Shown: positions 59,603-64,000 of the stretch, in pieces
How the letters are laid out: every line of letters begins with the position of its first letter
Numbering within the stretch: position 1 is the first letter of the stretch
DNA from: Cyanobacteria bacterium P01_A01_bin.123
GTDB taxonomy: Bacteria; Cyanobacteriota; Cyanobacteriia; Phormidesmidales; Phormidesmidaceae
Assembly: GCA_039815185.1 (NCBI GenBank)
Contig: JBCBZT010000012.1
Coordinates: 121,313-185,312, forward strand
Reading direction: 5' to 3'
Length of the DNA stretch: 64,000 nt
Position numbers and translations under genes: made by a program
Notes under the pieces: model-generated
Database searches by the model: none
What the model saw: the letters and a program-made list of their open reading frames with translations, nothing else
What the model was told of the DNA's origin: nothing

Positions 59603-61331
59603 GCCATCTGCGATCGCTTGCAGAATATCCTGCCGCCACTGAGCATCCGTTTTGCGATTCGTTTGCAATTCCAAAAGCCGAATCCCCGTTTGAGGCAGTG
59701 GATTAAGCCAATCAACACACTGCTCCCAGGTTTTAATCAGGCGATGCTCAACCCCATAGGTGTGACAAAGCGCAGCAAAATCAATGTTTTGAGGCGTGGC
59801 AAAAAAGGTTTCAAAGGGTGGCTCAAACTGGGCGATGGGTAACATTTCAAAGATGCCGCCGCCATTGTTGTTGATCACAATAATCGTCAGGTGGCCTTGG
59901 AGCTGCGATCGCGCCAAAAAACCATTTGTATCGTGCAACAGCGCCAAATCTCCAGTTAACAACACCGCCTGTTTGTGATGTTGGGCAATCCCCAAAGCAG
60001 TCGATAGCGTCCCGTCAATCCCGTTTGCCCCACGATTGAAATAGGGTCGAATGTGGCGATCATTGGGTTGCCAAAACCACTCCACATCCCGCACAGGCAT
60101 GCTGTTGGCAATCAATAGCGGTGTATTTTCTGGCAGATGGCGGGACAGCAACCAGGCCAATTTGCTTTCAATCGGTAAAGACAGCGCCTGAAACCTCTGA
60201 TCAAGCTGGTGGCGAAACTGATGATCAAAGCTCCGCCACAGCCTAGCGTAGGGCGTCGTTTCAGCGTTTCTTTGAGGGAACTGGGCGGCAAAGTCTTCCA
60301 CAGCGCAGGTAATCGGCATCGTGCTGCCATGGAGGGTATCTAAGTTGCGATCGCCCCCGTCAACCACCCACCGCAGTGGGTTAACCCTAGCCAACCATTG
60401 CCGCAGCACTTTGCTGGTCGGCAGCGGCCCTAGTTGTAGCACCTGCTCGGGCTTAAGCTGTGCTGCCGCATCGTCATTGCGCAAAATGCCGTCGTAAGTC
60501 GAAATCAAATACGGATTCAGTGCGGCATAGTTGCGTAACGGTGAGAGTCCCTCTGCCAGCACGGGCCAGCCTAGAGCTTGGCAGAGGTGGGCGATGGCTT
60601 GGCAGTAGTGCAGGGGGTGGGTGGGTTCGGCAGGGCCGGCGATGATCAGGCCGTGGGGGGATGGGGGGAGTGGGGGAGTGGGGGAGTGAGGGAGTGGGGG
60701 CATCTGGAGATGGACTGGATAGGGGGTGGAAGAAGGGTGTGGGGGTGAGGGTTGGGGCGATCGCGGGGGTGCTGTCATCGGCAATGGGGGGTAGTGGATC
60801 GCGGAAGGGGCAGTTGAGGTGGACTGGGCCAGGGATGGGGAGGCGCGATCGCGTCCAGGCTTGCACTAGGGTTTGGCGCAGATAGGTCAGGAGGGAGATA
60901 TCCGCTTGGGGAACAGCCAGTTCGTGGTACCAATTGGGGAAGTTACCAAACAGTTTTTGCTGATCAATGGTTTGCCCTGAGGCGCAGTCGCGTAGTTCTG
61001 GGGGGCGATCAGCAGTCAGCACGATCAATGGCACTCGACTTTCCCGTGCTTCGATCAGGGCGGGATAAAAGTTTGCGCCTGCGGTACCCGAGGTGCAGAC
61101 GAGAACCACGGGGAGGCAGGCTGCTTTGGCCAACCCCAATGCCAAGAAGCTGGCTGATCGTTCATCTAAAACGGGGATAGCTTCAACCTGGGGATGCCTG
61201 ACCAGAGCTACTGTTAGGGGGGTCGATCGAGAGCCTGGGCAGACCACGGCTTTGTTTAATCCCAACCGCACTAGGGTTTCGACCAGCACAGAGGCCCAGA
61301 GCGAGTTGGTATTACGAAAGTCGAACGTCAT
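59582..61331 (-). pseudogene. menD: MenD (SEPHCHC synthase), split by a frameshift in a repeat tract
   Basis: [35 protein letters not shown] in one frame; NSMPVRD, NRGANGIDG, GDLALLHD, NNNGGGIF in another; may be a sequencing error. Confidence 0.8.
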
Positions 61332-61944
61332 TTAGAGTTTTCGCACACTGCTGGAAAAAGACGCGTAAAATTCCGAGCAAAATGGTCATCTCACCAATGC
61401 CGTGTAGTAGCGTTTCATAGGCTTCTCCATCTACGCTGAGGCGATAAAACTTCCACCCTTCGCCATTGGTAACAATGCCATAGCTGTCGAGCAAGTGCCC
61501 TAACTGTTGATGAATCCATTGACAGACCTGCATTTCAACTAAGCATTGAGCTGCTCCCTGCTCAAAGTTGTCTTTTTTCGCCTCAATTACGCAAACAAAG
61601 GGGGCTTCTAAATAAGCTCGACGCTCAGCGATCAGGTAGTCGGCATTGCCGCAGGTGGCTTCCCCTTCTAGGTAGGCCCCTTTCCAAATCTTCAGCTGAT
61701 TAAACCCTTCTAACTCCTCTTCGCAGATGGCGTCGATTAACCGTGTTTTAGAGACTTCCATGCTCTCCAAATCAAAGCGCTGTAAGCGCGCCAAGCGCTG
61801 CTGGAAGAAGGAACTGATGGGCGCGGGCTGAGCCACAATCGTCCAGCGCTGCAGCTCAGCGATACCCAGCTGCTTGAAGGCGTCTTTGTAGGTAAAGCTA
61901 GAAAAGCTCCGCTTGCGCGATTGAGATGCTTGAACCATGGCCAA
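61312..61944 (-). CDS. PD-(D/E)xK restriction-endonuclease-like protein (HsdR N-terminal-like)
   Basis: [40 protein letters not shown]. Confidence 0.7.
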   Translation of the reverse strand: MAMVQASQSRKRSFSSFTYKDAFKQLGIAELQRWTIVAQPAPISSFFQQRLARLQRFDLESMEVSKTRLIDAICEEELEGFNQLKIWKGAYLEGEATCGNADYLIAERRAYLEAPFVCVIEAKKDNFEQGAAQCLVEMQVCQWIHQQLGHLLDSYGIVTNGEGWKFYRLSVDGEAYETLLHGIGEMTILLGILRVFFQQCAKTLNDVRLS

Positions 61945-62046
61945 TACCTAAAATGGGCTGAGCTTTTTGCATTAGCGTAACCCAATCATGCCCCTTTGGC
62001 CTTGCCACCTTCTCCCTTAAAAGGAGAGCAAGTCCCATCCCTATTG

Positions 62047-62088
62047 GGATAGCCCCCTTTGCAAGGGGGCGGCGACAGCAGGGAATCT
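62047..62088. repeat. REP-like repeat; second copy at 63458-63498
   Basis: GGATAGCYCCCTTTGCA..GGGGCGGCGACAGCRGGGRATCT. Confidence 0.65.
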
Positions 62089-62572
62089 GCAGGAAACTAA
62101 CAGCAAGGCCACCAATTGAGATCCCCATGGGATTGAGGGCAATGGCCTAACGTTGGCTTAAAACGCTCACCGGCAAACGCGATCGCCCCGCGCTAAAATA
62201 ACGCGATCGCAGCCCATAATAAACTGCATCGCAAATAAACTGCATCGCATCCCCATCTACCTCTCTAGCGTAGTGGGTCGAGGGGGTAATGGACGCGATC
62301 GCCCTTGAGGACCAGTCTTTATTGACCATCGTGGCTGGCAATTCAGGGATTTTGGGATATGGAATTGATGCGTTGTGATGCAACTTACAAAATCAGGCGA
62401 TCGCACTGGATCCGGCTTGGTTGGGAAAATTAGTGGTGGGTTACGGCATCGACTCCTGAAAGCTTAGGAATCGGCAATATAATAGAGCAAATCACAGCTT
62501 GATACCCGATGTTAATAGCCATAGCAAGGGATCACAGGTACAGGAAAGGCTAATGCAAGGAGCGATCGACCT

Positions 62573-63232
62573 ATGACTGTCGCAACTAACCCACCTCCAC
62601 AGCAAAGGCCGCTCAGTGTTGATGAGTTCCTGTCTAGGTATGGTGGTGACAATCGGTATGAATTGATCGACGGAGAGGTTTTTGATTTGGAGCCAACTGG
62701 CCCTCATGTTCGCGTAGCGGCTCCAATGGAGCAACAGGTGGCAGGGTTTATCACCAAGAAAGCTTGCGTTCAAATCGATCTGGCCGATCTCCCTTGGGTT
62801 ATCCTACAACGGCCTCTTTTCCGTCCACCTAATATTGATATGACGGCCTTCCGACCTGATGTGGCTGTAATCGATGAAACTGCTCTGAATAACGAACCGC
62901 TCTGGCATGAACAGTCAATTTTGACGCAGAGTAGCTCAATTAAGCTAATCGCTGAGGTCGTCAGTAGTAATTGGCAAAATGACTACTCTCGCAAACTAGA
63001 GGACTATGAGACCCTAGGTATCCCTGAATATTGGATTGCAGACTATGGGGGGATAGGCGGTACTCGCCACATTGGTAGTCCCAAAAGACCCACGCTTTCC
63101 ATTTGCACTCTGGAAAATGGTCGGTATCAGATTCAGCAGTTTCGAGGAGATAATCTGATTGTGTCTCCCACGTTTCCCGGTCTAACTTTGACGGCTAATC
63201 AAGTTTTGAGAGCCGAACGATCGATTGATTGA
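62573..63232 (+). CDS. Uma2 family endonuclease with a 24-nt in-frame insertion
   Basis: YELIDGE, FRPDVAV, IAEVVSSNWQNDY, GIPEYWIAD. Confidence 0.88.
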   Translation: MTVATNPPPQQRPLSVDEFLSRYGGDNRYELIDGEVFDLEPTGPHVRVAAPMEQQVAGFITKKACVQIDLADLPWVILQRPLFRPPNIDMTAFRPDVAVIDETALNNEPLWHEQSILTQSSSIKLIAEVVSSNWQNDYSRKLEDYETLGIPEYWIADYGGIGGTRHIGSPKRPTLSICTLENGRYQIQQFRGDNLIVSPTFPGLTLTANQVLRAERSID

Positions 63233-64000
63233 CAAAAGTAGTCGATCGTCCTTCTCCCCAATGACTCGATCGCACTTAAACCTCTCTAAAGCGTAGTTTT
63301 TGAGCAGGTTATTGACGCGATCGCTCTTGAGGGCCAGTCTTTGACCATCGCGTTTGAAATTAGAACCATACCAGTTTTTCAAAACTGAACTACATTGAGA
63401 GGCTGGGTCGATCCCCCTTCCCCCCTTGCAAAGCGAGGGCGAGTCCGACCCCAGTTAGGATAGCTCCCTTTGCACGGGGCGGCGACAGCGGGGGATCTTC
63501 AACATCTGGTGTCGCACTTCTGAGATTTGGGATTAGAAAGTCAAAATTTTAAATTGATTTCGACTTTTTTGAATTACTGATTTTGAGTGATGTTGGGTTT
63601 CGCTTTGTGGTATGAATATCAGTTTCTTATCAGAATCAATAAAGCGCGAAATCCAACCTACGGAGAGAGGCGATCGCACTGCAATTCAACCGTCCCCGAT
63701 TTTCTGACAGGCCGATCTGAGGCAAGTGCACTATCTGATGCTATTGAGGAAGAAATGCTTATATCGTTTATGGCTTTTTCCTCTGCCATGTTGACACTTT
63801 CATTGCTGATGACGAATGCCATATTGTTAGCTGCCGATTGGTTTGCCTCAGTTGCTTCATTCAGAGAAGCTGAGCTTTTTAAGACCTTTTAGGAATATTT
63901 TTGTCCCCCATCCTGGCTTCACGCCGTACTCGTTGAATTTACCTAAGAAGGTTTTCTTCGAACTAACTTCGGGATGTTTTAAGTAATAATTTGTCACCTG

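Noticed and set aside
63587..64000. ORF 63587..63892 and a possible minus-strand gene end at the edge
   Set aside because: No recognisable motif; minus-strand frames are interrupted and the context is cut off

Overview
Chromosomal window from a cyanobacterium: HIP1 (GCGATCGC) is frequent, and it carries phycobilisome genes, nrrA, Uma2 nucleases and PEP-CTERM proteins. The backbone holds a GH116 glycosidase, a divergent phycocyanin cluster (cpcG opposite cpcB-cpcA and two rod linkers), ilvA, nrrA, an EF-hand transaldolase, tsaE, a NupC transporter, a DNA ligase, mutS, a split menD and a probable 6S RNA. Three accessory modules stand out. (1) A decayed integron (dead IntI remnant, attI candidate, one attC) carries an AT-rich two-gene cassette: Trypco1 plus a trypsin-like protease fused to a PfkB kinase, a candidate undescribed conflict/defence system. 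(2) A mosaic NLR-like gene encodes caspase + nSTAND1 NTPase with an AT-rich CHASE2 sensor tail. (3) A cobalt-type nitrile hydratase operon sits behind a consensus NtcA box. The window also has L-box-like repeats before cpcB, many internal-deletion pseudogenes, several tiny dispersed repeat families (some inserted in frame into genes), a nonsense codon apparently made by palindrome perfection, and HicAB and RelE-type TA pairs. All calls come from reading motifs by eye; no searches or folding were run.
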